Part shown: positions 10,318-18,481 of the stretch, piece after piece
How positions within the stretch are numbered: the stretch's first letter is position 1
Layout: every line of letters starts with the position of its first letter
Assembly: GCA_016793885.1 (NCBI GenBank)
Contig: JAEUHE010000236.1
Location: 15,876 to 79,875 of the forward strand
DNA length: 64,000 bases
From: Verrucomicrobiales bacterium
Lineage (GTDB): Bacteria > Verrucomicrobiota > Verrucomicrobiia > Limisphaerales > UBA11320
Direction: 5' to 3'
Translations under genes and position numbers: made by a program
Notes under the pieces: generated by a model
The model's input: only the letters and a program-made list of their open reading frames with translations
Databases searched by the model: none
Told to the model about the DNA's origin: nothing

Positions 10318-13300
10318 TCAGCCCTTGGTAATAGTTTCGTCCAGGTTGAGGATCGCGTTGGTGACCAGAGTCCAAGCGGCCAGCTCGGCCGGATCGAGCC
10401 CGGGTCGGGTGGGGGATTCACCCACGCCTAGCAATTCCTCAGCAGCCTTGCGGTTCGAACGGTAGCGCTGGAATTGCTCGTCAAACAATCTGCTCAGCAC
10501 CTTTTTCTCGGCGTCGGTCGGCAGGCGTGAGAGCGCGATTCGATAAGCGAGATTGATTCGCGCGTTTGGATCCGAAGCCTCCACCATCAGTCGTTCCGCG
10601 AATTTTCGGGATGCTTCCACGTAGGTGGGGTCGTTCATCAACAGCAACGCTTGCAGGGGGGTGTTGGTGCGTTGCCTACGAACAACGCAGGTTTGCCGAT
10701 CAGGAGCATCGAGGGTTCCGAGAGCGCTGGGCGGAGATGTGCGCTTCCAGAAGGTGTACATACTGCGGCGGTAGAGGTCTGGGCCCTTGCTCTGGACGTA
10801 TTTCTGAGCGGTGAACCGGTCGTTGTCCTCGCGCGCCATGAGTTCCTCCCAGAGCCCCGGAGGCTGGTAGGGAAACACGCTGGCTCCCCCAATTTGTGGA
10901 TTCAGCAAACCGCTGATCGCCAGCGCCTGGTCACGAATCGACTCGGCGGGCAGGCGGAGACGCGGCCCGCGGGTGATCCACTTATTTTCGGGATCCAGCT
11001 CCAGGGCCTCGGGGGAGACGGTGGAACGTTGGCGGTAGGCGGCACTGGTGACGATCAGGCGCTGCATCGATTTCACATTCCATCCGCTGGCGACAAACTC
11101 GGTGGCCAGCCAGTCCAATAGCTCGGGGTGCGTAGGCCAGTCTGCCTGGGACCCGAAGTTCTCCGAGCTCCGGACCAGCCCCATGCCAAAGTAGGCCTGC
11201 CAAAAGCGGTTCACGACCACTCGAGCCGTCAGGGGCTGCTCGGGCGCGACGAGCCACTTGGCCAAGCCCAGGCGGTTCGAAGGCAGACCCTCGGCCAGCG
11301 GTGGCAGGGCTCCGGGGGTTCCGGCCTCCACCTTCTCTCCCTTCTTGTCGTATTCACCGCGCATGAGCATGAAGGTCTCGCGTGGCTTCTCGAGTTCGCC
11401 CATGACCATGGTATCGGGAATCGACTTGTCGAATTTTTCCCGCTCCGCCTTGGCTGCCGCGACGGCGTCCTTGGCCTGTACCCAATGGGGGGCATGATAG
11501 AGCTTATAAAATGCGGCTAGATGCTGTTGTTGATGAGCCGAACGCTTGTCCGGTTCGAGCTGGGCGATCTGGCGAGTGACGCCGGAGGCAAGCTCGCCCG
11601 CCTCCTGCGTAGAGAGCTGGCGGTCGTAGATCCGGATATCGCTGATGGCTCCTCGATAGGGATGCTCTTCGGCACGCTTTCCGACCAAAAAGGGAGCACG
11701 ATTGGCGATGCTGCCAGTCAACGTGTCATGGGTCACCTCTACCGCAGTTTCCCGGCCATTGACGAACAGTTTGACTCCCGATGCCTTCCCGGACCCATCG
11801 TAGGTTGCCAACACATGTCCCCAGCTGTCCTTGGGCAGAGAGGTTTTGGCGACGACACGCAGCGCGTTGTCCGGCCACGAGTGGATTAAGTGGAGATGGA
11901 GGCGGTTGGCACTGAGGAGGAGATCAAATCCTCGGAGCCGGGGCCCGGAATCCATCTTCGAGAATAGGGTGCCGGTGTGCGCTGCCCCAGGCTTAACCCA
12001 GGCACCGAATGAAAAGGGTTGGTCTCGCTCCAAGTCCAGAGACTCGGTGGCGCGCAGGTTTCCGGTCTGCTTGCCATCGAATTCGAGGGCTTGTCCGAGC
12101 AAAGCGTCGGCCCACTTCGGGGTCCATCCAGTTTCGTCGCCGATCAGGGAGAACGGCTGATCATTCCGGGTTCCGGAGAGTGACGCGTCGAGAGGGAGGC
12201 GCAGCCGGGGTTGTGGAAGTGCGCGAGGGGAATCAACATCGCGCACCATCCGCTTCTCCCAAGCTAACTGCTCGGAGGGGAGCGAGGATTCGATGTCCTT
12301 CAGCTTGGCCTCGGCGGTCTGGATGGTCGCATCGAATTCCTGCAGCCGCGCCTTTTGCTCGGGACGCATGACCTTGATCACCGGTGCGGCGTTGCCCTGG
12401 CTTCCGTCGAGGCCTTTCTCAGCGATGTTGTTGAAGAAGGCATAGAAGCGGTAGTAATCCTTCATCGTGATGGGGTCATACTTGTGATCATGACACTGGG
12501 CACAGGCCATCGTAAGCCCCAACCAAACCGTGGACGTGGTGTTGACGCGATCCATGAGGTAGGCGGCGTGATACTCTTCCGGAATGGCTCCCCCCTCATA
12601 GTTGATCATGTGATTCCGGTTGAACCCGCTGGCGATTTGCTGATCGAGCGTCGGTTGAGGCAGTAGATCTCCGGCGAGCTGCTCGATGGTGAACTGGTCG
12701 AAAGGCTTATTGTCATTGTAGGCCTTGATGACCCAGTCGCGCCAATGGGTCATGTCGCGTCCGGAGTCGATGTGGTAGCCGTGGGTATCGGCATAGCGTG
12801 CGGCATCCAGCCACTCTACCGCCATCTTCTCCCCGTAATGAGGCGAGCTCAGCAACCGGTCGACGAGGTGTTCGTAGGCCCGATCAGAAGTGTCGGCTAG
12901 GAAGGCATCGACCTCCGCCGGAGTCGGGGGAAGTCCCGTCAGGTCCAGGCTGGCGCGTCGGATGAGCGTTTGTTTGTCGGCTTCCGGTGCGGGTTTAACC
13001 CGATGCTCCTCCAGTTTGCTCAGGATGAAGTGATCGATGCCATTCCGTGGCCAAGCGGGATCCGAAACCTGGGGAAGGGGAGTGCGTGATGGACGGATAA
13101 AGGCCCAATGCGATTGGTATTCAGCGCCTTCCGTGATCCACCGGGTGAGTAGCTCGACTTGAACGGGAGTCAATGGGTGACCGCTCTTCGGCGGCGGCAT
13201 TCGATCGTCCATGTCCTGGGTCACGATGCGCTTGATGACCTCGCTCTGGTCAGGTTTTCCGGGCACGATGGCGATGGCGCCGGACTTCAGCGGTTGGGTA

Positions 13301-13557
13301 CCGGAGCTGGGCAGATCCAGCCGTAGGCCGCTCTTGCGTTTGGCGTCGTCTGGGCCATGACAGGCGAAGCAGTGGTCGGACAGGATCGGACGGATGTCAC
13401 GATTGAAATCCAATCGCGAGGCCGTGGCGGGGACGGCTTGGATAGGCCGGCTCAAGGCACAGGCCAAGAGGCCTAGGACCAGCGCCAGTGCCCCAGAGAT
13501 CGATCCTGAGCTCTGGAACCGACTTTTCGGGTTATTACGCAGCATCGATTCTATCAT
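10318..13557 (-). CDS. PSCyt1-PSCyt2(DUF1549)-LamG-PSD1(DUF1553) protein (planctomycete cytochrome c family)
   Basis: The 1079-aa ORF has a haem-binding-type motif CFACHGPDDAKRKSGLRLD and a DUF1549 block (PTPAEVDAFL ... SPHYGEKMAVEWLDAARYADTHGY). A LamG/ConA-like insert is present (FSFGAWVKPG ... VKLFVNGRE ... IRIYDRQLS). A DUF1553 block follows (VNRFWQAYFGMGLV ... HPELLDWLATEF). The start could also be ATG 13545. Confidence 0.9.
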   Translation of the reverse strand: MIESMLRNNPKSRFQSSGSISGALALVLGLLACALSRPIQAVPATASRLDFNRDIRPILSDHCFACHGPDDAKRKSGLRLDLPSSGTQPLKSGAIAIVPGKPDQSEVIKRIVTQDMDDRMPPPKSGHPLTPVQVELLTRWITEGAEYQSHWAFIRPSRTPLPQVSDPAWPRNGIDHFILSKLEEHRVKPAPEADKQTLIRRASLDLTGLPPTPAEVDAFLADTSDRAYEHLVDRLLSSPHYGEKMAVEWLDAARYADTHGYHIDSGRDMTHWRDWVIKAYNDNKPFDQFTIEQLAGDLLPQPTLDQQIASGFNRNHMINYEGGAIPEEYHAAYLMDRVNTTSTVWLGLTMACAQCHDHKYDPITMKDYYRFYAFFNNIAEKGLDGSQGNAAPVIKVMRPEQKARLQEFDATIQTAEAKLKDIESSLPSEQLAWEKRMVRDVDSPRALPQPRLRLPLDASLSGTRNDQPFSLIGDETGWTPKWADALLGQALEFDGKQTGNLRATESLDLERDQPFSFGAWVKPGAAHTGTLFSKMDSGPRLRGFDLLLSANRLHLHLIHSWPDNALRVVAKTSLPKDSWGHVLATYDGSGKASGVKLFVNGRETAVEVTHDTLTGSIANRAPFLVGKRAEEHPYRGAISDIRIYDRQLSTQEAGELASGVTRQIAQLEPDKRSAHQQQHLAAFYKLYHAPHWVQAKDAVAAAKAEREKFDKSIPDTMVMGELEKPRETFMLMRGEYDKKGEKVEAGTPGALPPLAEGLPSNRLGLAKWLVAPEQPLTARVVVNRFWQAYFGMGLVRSSENFGSQADWPTHPELLDWLATEFVASGWNVKSMQRLIVTSAAYRQRSTVSPEALELDPENKWITRGPRLRLPAESIRDQALAISGLLNPQIGGASVFPYQPPGLWEELMAREDNDRFTAQKYVQSKGPDLYRRSMYTFWKRTSPPSALGTLDAPDRQTCVVRRQRTNTPLQALLLMNDPTYVEASRKFAERLMVEASDPNARINLAYRIALSRLPTDAEKKVLSRLFDEQFQRYRSNRKAAEELLGVGESPTRPGLDPAELAAWTLVTNAILNLDETITKG

Positions 13558-13828
13558 AGCGCTTGGGGCAATTTGTGCACGATCTGGACCCGCCAGCCGC
13601 GTGGATTATTCATTAATGTCATTTTGGGACTATCGGGGGCCTTCGCAAGTCTGGTTTTATGGCGGACGGCTACTAGAACTTTTTTGCCGCTTTATACCCC
13701 TATTCGCTTGCTTTTACCCCGGCTTTTTCATTAAATGAGAACTTAACCAGAATGTCACAGTAACCCACGCACTGTGTGTGGGCGTTCTGGGGTACACGAA
13801 GTGTGCCACTAGTACAGAAACAACAACC

Positions 13829-14473
13829 ATGAAACACAACCCTATCCTTTGTCTGGCTCTGGCAGCGGTGCTGAGCCCGGTCATTGTGTCTGCCGACTCC
13901 ATCGCCGTGGGTAACCACAGCTTTGAAGCTGAACAGCTGTCCTCCGGCGGCTGGAGCGACGCCACTCCCGCCAGCTGGCAGGAAACCAATCCGAATGGCG
14001 GAGAAAGCTTCTCCGAATACATCCCTGGTTTCGTCGCCGACGGCGTGAACCATCAAGGCATTCAGAACGGCGGAGCGGTCTGGCAGGACTTGTCCACCAG
14101 CCTCTCTCCGAACACCCAGTACACCTTGACGGTGGCGATCGGCAACCGGAACGCTGGCTTCACCCCTCCGGGAAACCAGACGGTTTTCTCGCTCCAGCTC
14201 TGGGACGGGACGACTGCGACCACCTTGGCTACCCAAACGTTTGATGCGTCCACCTTGCCGACGAGCACCTTCGCCGACCAATGGACCACCTATACCACGG
14301 GTGACACGGTTGCCGCTGGCAACCTCCGCATTCTGTTGACCCATGTCAACGGAACCGGTCGTGGTCACTTCGACAACATCCGCCTCGACTCGCTGACCGT
14401 GCCTGAGCCTGGTACGATCGCCTTGTTGGGTCTGGGTGCCGCTGGATTCTTCCTGCGCCGCCGCAAGGCCTGA
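13829..14473 (+). CDS. PEP-CTERM sorting-domain secreted protein
   Basis: Track ORF 13778..14473. Internal ATG 13829 gives the signal peptide MKHNPILCLALAAVLSPVIVSADS. The C-terminus VPEPGTIALLGLGAAGFFLRRRKA is a textbook PEP-CTERM motif: PEP, a TM helix and a basic tail. Confidence 0.85.
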   Translation: MKHNPILCLALAAVLSPVIVSADSIAVGNHSFEAEQLSSGGWSDATPASWQETNPNGGESFSEYIPGFVADGVNHQGIQNGGAVWQDLSTSLSPNTQYTLTVAIGNRNAGFTPPGNQTVFSLQLWDGTTATTLATQTFDASTLPTSTFADQWTTYTTGDTVAAGNLRILLTHVNGTGRGHFDNIRLDSLTVPEPGTIALLGLGAAGFFLRRRKA

Positions 14474-14512
14474 TTCGATTTTGAGGCCTTGAAAAAGGTT
14501 CTTCACAATCTG

Positions 14513-14550
14513 GGGATGGTCCATCGTGCACGATGGGCCATCCCTTTTTT
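14513..14550 (+). terminator. intrinsic terminator downstream of the PEP-CTERM gene
   Basis: GGGATGGTCCATCG-TGCA-CGATGGGCCATCCC forms a 14-bp stem (one G-U pair; positions 14513-14526 pair with 14531-14544, checked base by base). It is followed directly by TTTTTT (14545-14550), 40 nt after the stop codon at 14471-14473. Confidence 0.65.
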
Positions 14551-16312
14551 ACTGTCTGGATGGCGGCCGCATTCCTGGGCTGTTCCAGCGCTGGTCGGAC
14601 TTTTTTTGAGTTGGCACGCGTTTCCGGCCTCTGCCGCCAGCGCCTTAGTGCCGGACCCGCGTAAGGACGGATGGGAGAGCGAAGGGCTTACGGATGATGC
14701 GGGCAAGCGTCTCAAGCTTTTGGGGAAGATGTTTGAGCATCCTGAGACCGCAGATCAGGATCATTTGAAGGCCGTATTTGTTTCGGGCTTTCAGGCGGTA
14801 TTGCAGGAGGAGGCTGCTGCGGATCAGACTTACCAGGATGGCGTGTTCGGTGTGAGACGAACATCGAGCGCGACCCGTGAGTTCAAGGGCGAAGACGCGT
14901 CCACTCGGTTCGTGCGCGCTTTGGCGGAACCTTTCGCAGCTGCCAAGCCCGGGACCGTGCGCTCCAAGTTCAAGGTTTTTCAGATTTCGCTGGGGGCGAC
15001 CAACCATTTCGAGACGCGTCAGTACGTCGCCTTGATCGGGGAGTTGGCGAACGGGATGTTGGAGCAGAACAGTACCTGGCTCATCCGGTGGAGACTGGAT
15101 CCGACGGAGGGCAGTCCCCGGATCGTTTCGGTGCAGCTGCAGGATTTTGAACAGGTTCGAAAGCAAGGTTCGGCGGGTCCCTTACTTAGCGATTGCACCG
15201 AGGCGGTCTTTGCTCAAGTGCCATCCTACCGCGACCAGTTGTGCTACAGTGTGCCGCATTGGCGGCATCGCATTGAGGACTACTTCAAGATTTATCAGTT
15301 TGGTCACAACGGGCTGGCTTTGGGGGATGTGAACGGTGACGGGCTGGATGATCTTTACGTGTGTCAGAACGGCGGTCTTCCGAATCGACTCTACGTCCAA
15401 CAGAAGGACGGAACCTTGGCCGATGTCTCAGCTGACTCCGGTGCTGATTTCCTGGACCAAACGCAAAGCGCTTTGCTGGTCGACCTCGACAACGACGGGG
15501 ACCAGGATCTTCTGGTAGGGTTGACCTCGGGACTTTTGGTGATGTCCAACGATGGCTCGGGCCGGTTCACGAAGCGTCGTTTTCTGACGGGACTGCTCGA
15601 CGTGTACAGCTTGGCGGTGGCTGATTATGATGCGGACGGTCGGCTGGACATCTATGCCTGTGTTTATTTTGGAGTAGGAGGGGTTGCTTCCGAGTTGGCC
15701 ATCCCCGTGCCTTATTTCGATGCCAACAACGGCGGGGAGAATCATCTTTATCGGAACGAGGGTGATTGGAATTTCACTGATGTCACCCGTCAAGTGGGAC
15801 TCAACGAGAACAATCATCGGTTCAGCTTTGCGGCCGCCTGGGATGACTACGACAACGATGGGGATCTGGATCTCTATGTGGCGAACGACTTTGGAAAAAA
15901 CAATCTGTATCGCAACGAAGGGGGCCGCTTCCGCGATGTGGCTTCCGAGGCTGGGTTGGATCAGGGGGCATTTGGAATGTCCGCCTCCTTTGGAGATATC
16001 AACCGTGACGGACTCATGGACATCCACATGGGGGCGATGTTCTCGGGGGCAGGTAGTCGGGTTACTCGGCAGCCCACGTTTAAGCCGGGGGCGTCGGAGG
16101 AGGTCAAGGGGCGGTTCCAGCTTATGGCCCGAGGGAATGTGCTGTTCGAGAATTTGGGCAAGGCTGGGTTTCGTGACGTCAGTGTGGATGCGGGGATTAC
16201 GATGGGTCGTTGGGCTTGGGCCTCGGTTTTTGCCGACCTGAACAACGACGGATGGGAGGATCTGCTGGTTGCGAATGGGTTCGTAACCGGACCGGATCTG
16301 GATGATTTGTGA
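14516..16312 (+). CDS. FG-GAP/VCBS repeat (CRTAC1/ASPIC-family) protein, N-terminal part ending at an in-frame TGA
   Basis: Track ORF 14489(TTG)..16312. ATG 14516 gives a signal-like N-terminus (MVHRARWAIPFLLSG...FPASAAS), but it lies inside the upstream terminator hairpin, so the start is uncertain. FG-GAP/VCBS repeats are read directly: GDVNGDGLDDLYVCQNG, VDLDNDGDQDLLV, ADYDADGRLDIYA, WDDYDNDGDLDLYVAND, GDINRDGLMDIH, ADLNNDGWEDLLVANG. Confidence 0.75.
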   Translation: MVHRARWAIPFLLSGWRPHSWAVPALVGLFLSWHAFPASAASALVPDPRKDGWESEGLTDDAGKRLKLLGKMFEHPETADQDHLKAVFVSGFQAVLQEEAAADQTYQDGVFGVRRTSSATREFKGEDASTRFVRALAEPFAAAKPGTVRSKFKVFQISLGATNHFETRQYVALIGELANGMLEQNSTWLIRWRLDPTEGSPRIVSVQLQDFEQVRKQGSAGPLLSDCTEAVFAQVPSYRDQLCYSVPHWRHRIEDYFKIYQFGHNGLALGDVNGDGLDDLYVCQNGGLPNRLYVQQKDGTLADVSADSGADFLDQTQSALLVDLDNDGDQDLLVGLTSGLLVMSNDGSGRFTKRRFLTGLLDVYSLAVADYDADGRLDIYACVYFGVGGVASELAIPVPYFDANNGGENHLYRNEGDWNFTDVTRQVGLNENNHRFSFAAAWDDYDNDGDLDLYVANDFGKNNLYRNEGGRFRDVASEAGLDQGAFGMSASFGDINRDGLMDIHMGAMFSGAGSRVTRQPTFKPGASEEVKGRFQLMARGNVLFENLGKAGFRDVSVDAGITMGRWAWASVFADLNNDGWEDLLVANGFVTGPDLDDL

Positions 16313-16333
16313 AGTCTTCATTGGCGGCAGGTC

Positions 16334-18091
16334 GTGTCGCACTCTCCGGTTACCGGAACCGAAATCCGGTCCGCTGCTGTACCCGACTCTGAGTTTCGGG
16401 CTCATCTGGCGAAGGTAAACAAGCTGCTCCGGGATGGTTTGTCGATGAGCGGAGAGGAAAGGAACTGTGTCTTTCTCAACACACGTGGAAGACGCTTTGC
16501 GACGATCTCGGCGACCAGCGGGTTTGACTTTCCGGACGATGCTCGCGCGATTGCGATGACAGATTGGGACCTGGATGGTGACCTCGATGTTTGGGTCTCA
16601 AATCGGACCGCCCCACGAGTTCGCTTTCTGCGCAACGATTTGCCTCCGGCTGCTCAGCGCCGCTTTTTGGGGCTCCGGCTGGAGGGGCGCACGGTGAATC
16701 GCGACGCCATTGGTGCGCGCGTGGAATTGAAGTTCAAAGATCGTCCTGATGTCATCCGGACCCTGCGGGCCGGGGAGGGCTTTCTCGGGCAGTCCAGCAA
16801 GTGGCTTCATTTTGGAGTGGGAGAAGCGAATGAGTTGGATCGGGTCGTGGTTCGATGGCCTGGAGCGGAGGCGCAGACGTTTTCGGGTTTGGAACTGGAT
16901 CAATATCATGTATTGGTTCAGGGAGCAGAGCCCAGCAAATCGATGGCGGAATCCGACTCGCGGTCGCCCTTGAGCCGCGGAAAGCGGAAGCCCTTGGAGC
17001 CTTCGGTTCCCAAAGTTCCCAAGGCGACTGAGCAGGCCAGTCTCCTGCTGACGGATCGCTTGCCGGTTCCTCCCCTCAGCATTCGTTCCTTTGCGGGAGA
17101 AACCCTCTCGTTGAGCAACTCGCTTCGTCGGCCGGTTCTGCTGAATCTGTGGGCGAGTTGGTGTGCCCCTTGCCTGGCTGAGCTTAAGGAGATGACCGCC
17201 CATGCGGATGAACTTAAGGCGTTGGATCTCCAAGTCATCGCGGTGGCCTTGGACGGCCAGGATGAATCTCAGACGACCACTCCCGCGGATGCCCAGGCGT
17301 TGCTGAAGCAACTCAACTTTCCGTTCCAGGGTGGGATTCCCACCAATGATTTCATCGCGAGGCTCCAATCCCTTTACGATCTGCCGTTCGCTCAGCACCG
17401 CCCGATGCCTGTTCCGACCAGCTTCCTCATTGATAGCCAGGGAATGCTCGCTGCGGTTTACCGGGGTCCGGTGACCCTAGAGAAGTTGCGCAGCGACCTT
17501 CGTCTACTGGCTGGGTCCCCGAGAACACTGATCGATCAGGTGCTGCCCTTCCCGGGGAGCTGGCATCGCATCCCTCAACCCCGCCCGGATAAGGCGATCT
17601 TGATGGCACTTGAGCTGATGAAGGCGGGGGCGCTTGACGACGCGGTTTGGTATGTCCGTCAGCACGTGTCCTCGTTCAGCGGGCATCCGGAGTATCCGAA
17701 GTTAATCGCCTGGGCCGGCGGCGAATTGGCGCGGGCCAAACGGATGACGGAATCGGTCTCCATTTATCAAGCCGGGTTAAGTGTGAGCCCGACGAATCTA
17801 CTCCTGCTAAACAATCTGGCCTGGGACTTAGCGGCTCATCCCGATCCGGCGATGCGCGATGGAGCGAGCGCGGTTGTGTGGGCGGAGAAAGCCGCACAAT
17901 TGACGAATCGACGCGACGTCACGGTGCTCGACACATTGGGCGCCTCCTACGCTCAGGCGGGGCGCTTTGCAGATGCGGTGGCGGCATTGAAGGACGCGAT
18001 CGAGCTCGTTAAGATCTCTGGAGATGAGGGGCGACGGATCAAACTGCAGCGAAACCTCGAGTTGTACGAGAGTCGGAAAAGCTTTCGCTAG
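16334..18091 (+). CDS. ASPIC/UnbV domain + TlpA-like thioredoxin domain + TPR repeats; probably the continuation of 14516..16312
   Basis: It is in the same frame as the upstream ORF and separated from it only by TGA 16310-16312 plus 7 sense codons. The track start is GTG with no obvious RBS. One more FG-GAP blade is present (TDWDLDGDLDVWVSNR). An ASPIC/UnbV-like block follows (NRDAIGARVELKF...GEGFLGQSSKWLHFGVGEANELDRVVVRWPG). The thioredoxin motif WCAPC is at 17159-17173, and the C-terminus is TPR-like (NNLAWDLA...LDTLGASYAQAGRFADA). Confidence 0.7.
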   Translation: MSHSPVTGTEIRSAAVPDSEFRAHLAKVNKLLRDGLSMSGEERNCVFLNTRGRRFATISATSGFDFPDDARAIAMTDWDLDGDLDVWVSNRTAPRVRFLRNDLPPAAQRRFLGLRLEGRTVNRDAIGARVELKFKDRPDVIRTLRAGEGFLGQSSKWLHFGVGEANELDRVVVRWPGAEAQTFSGLELDQYHVLVQGAEPSKSMAESDSRSPLSRGKRKPLEPSVPKVPKATEQASLLLTDRLPVPPLSIRSFAGETLSLSNSLRRPVLLNLWASWCAPCLAELKEMTAHADELKALDLQVIAVALDGQDESQTTTPADAQALLKQLNFPFQGGIPTNDFIARLQSLYDLPFAQHRPMPVPTSFLIDSQGMLAAVYRGPVTLEKLRSDLRLLAGSPRTLIDQVLPFPGSWHRIPQPRPDKAILMALELMKAGALDDAVWYVRQHVSSFSGHPEYPKLIAWAGGELARAKRMTESVSIYQAGLSVSPTNLLLLNNLAWDLAAHPDPAMRDGASAVVWAEKAAQLTNRRDVTVLDTLGASYAQAGRFADAVAALKDAIELVKISGDEGRRIKLQRNLELYESRKSFR

Positions 18092-18174
18092 CAGCAAACA
18101 CCGCCGACGCGATGGCACGGCTGTTGTGAGATGCGGAAACCTGTTGGCTTCGCGTCGGCGCTGTTTGCTGCTAG
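18088..18174. repeat. family-B long hairpin between convergent genes; its 5' arm includes the TAG stop of CDS 16334..18091
   Basis: Arm CTAGCAGCAAACACCGCCGACGCGA (18088-18112) pairs with TCGCGTCGGCGCTGTTTGCTGCTAG (18150-18174). This is 25 nt with 1 mismatch (checked by hand) and a 37-nt loop. It could act as a bidirectional terminator, but there is no U-run. Confidence 0.7.
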
Positions 18175-18295
18175 GAGGCACTGCGTGCGGGGCGACAAAA
18201 CCTCGAGGTCTCTGAAGGCCGTGAACCTCCTGAGATCGCTGCCCGATCGAGAAGGGGTGAAAGCGGGCCCGCAGAAATTCGAGCGGGGACATATT

Positions 18296-18413
18296 GCCCA
18301 CGGACGACGCGGACCACACGGATCGGAAGAGGGACTTGCAAAGATCGGGCCGACTGACCCTACTGCTCTTCTGAAAGCCCTCCGAATCCGTGTGGTCCGC
18401 GTGTTCCGTGGGC
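18296..18413. repeat. family-C inverted-repeat element
   Basis: Arm GCCCACGGACGACGCGGACCACACGGATCGGA (18296-18327) faces TCCGAATCCGTGTGGTCCGCGTGTTCCGTGGGC (18381-18413). The same arm sequence recurs at 63690..63795. Confidence 0.7.
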
Positions 18414-18481
18414 CAAACTCTTGCTTTGAATGACTCCCGACTTTCCCTTCAAGCCCTCTACCACTCGCTTGTCACTGCCGG

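Noticed and set aside
16310-16312. Genome-wide reassignment of UGA as a sense codon
   Set aside because: Other confident genes in the window terminate at TGA exactly where their conserved C-termini end: the PEP-CTERM gene at 14471-14473, the RHS toxin at 21932-21934, and the PSD1 gene at 44126-44128. UGA is therefore a normal stop here, and the event at 16310 is local.
18024-18433. ORFs between the TPR gene and cca (18024..18215, 18131..18433, 18360..18776)
   Set aside because: They are composed of the family-B and family-C hairpin arms or are antisense to cca. They show no RBS and no recognisable motifs.
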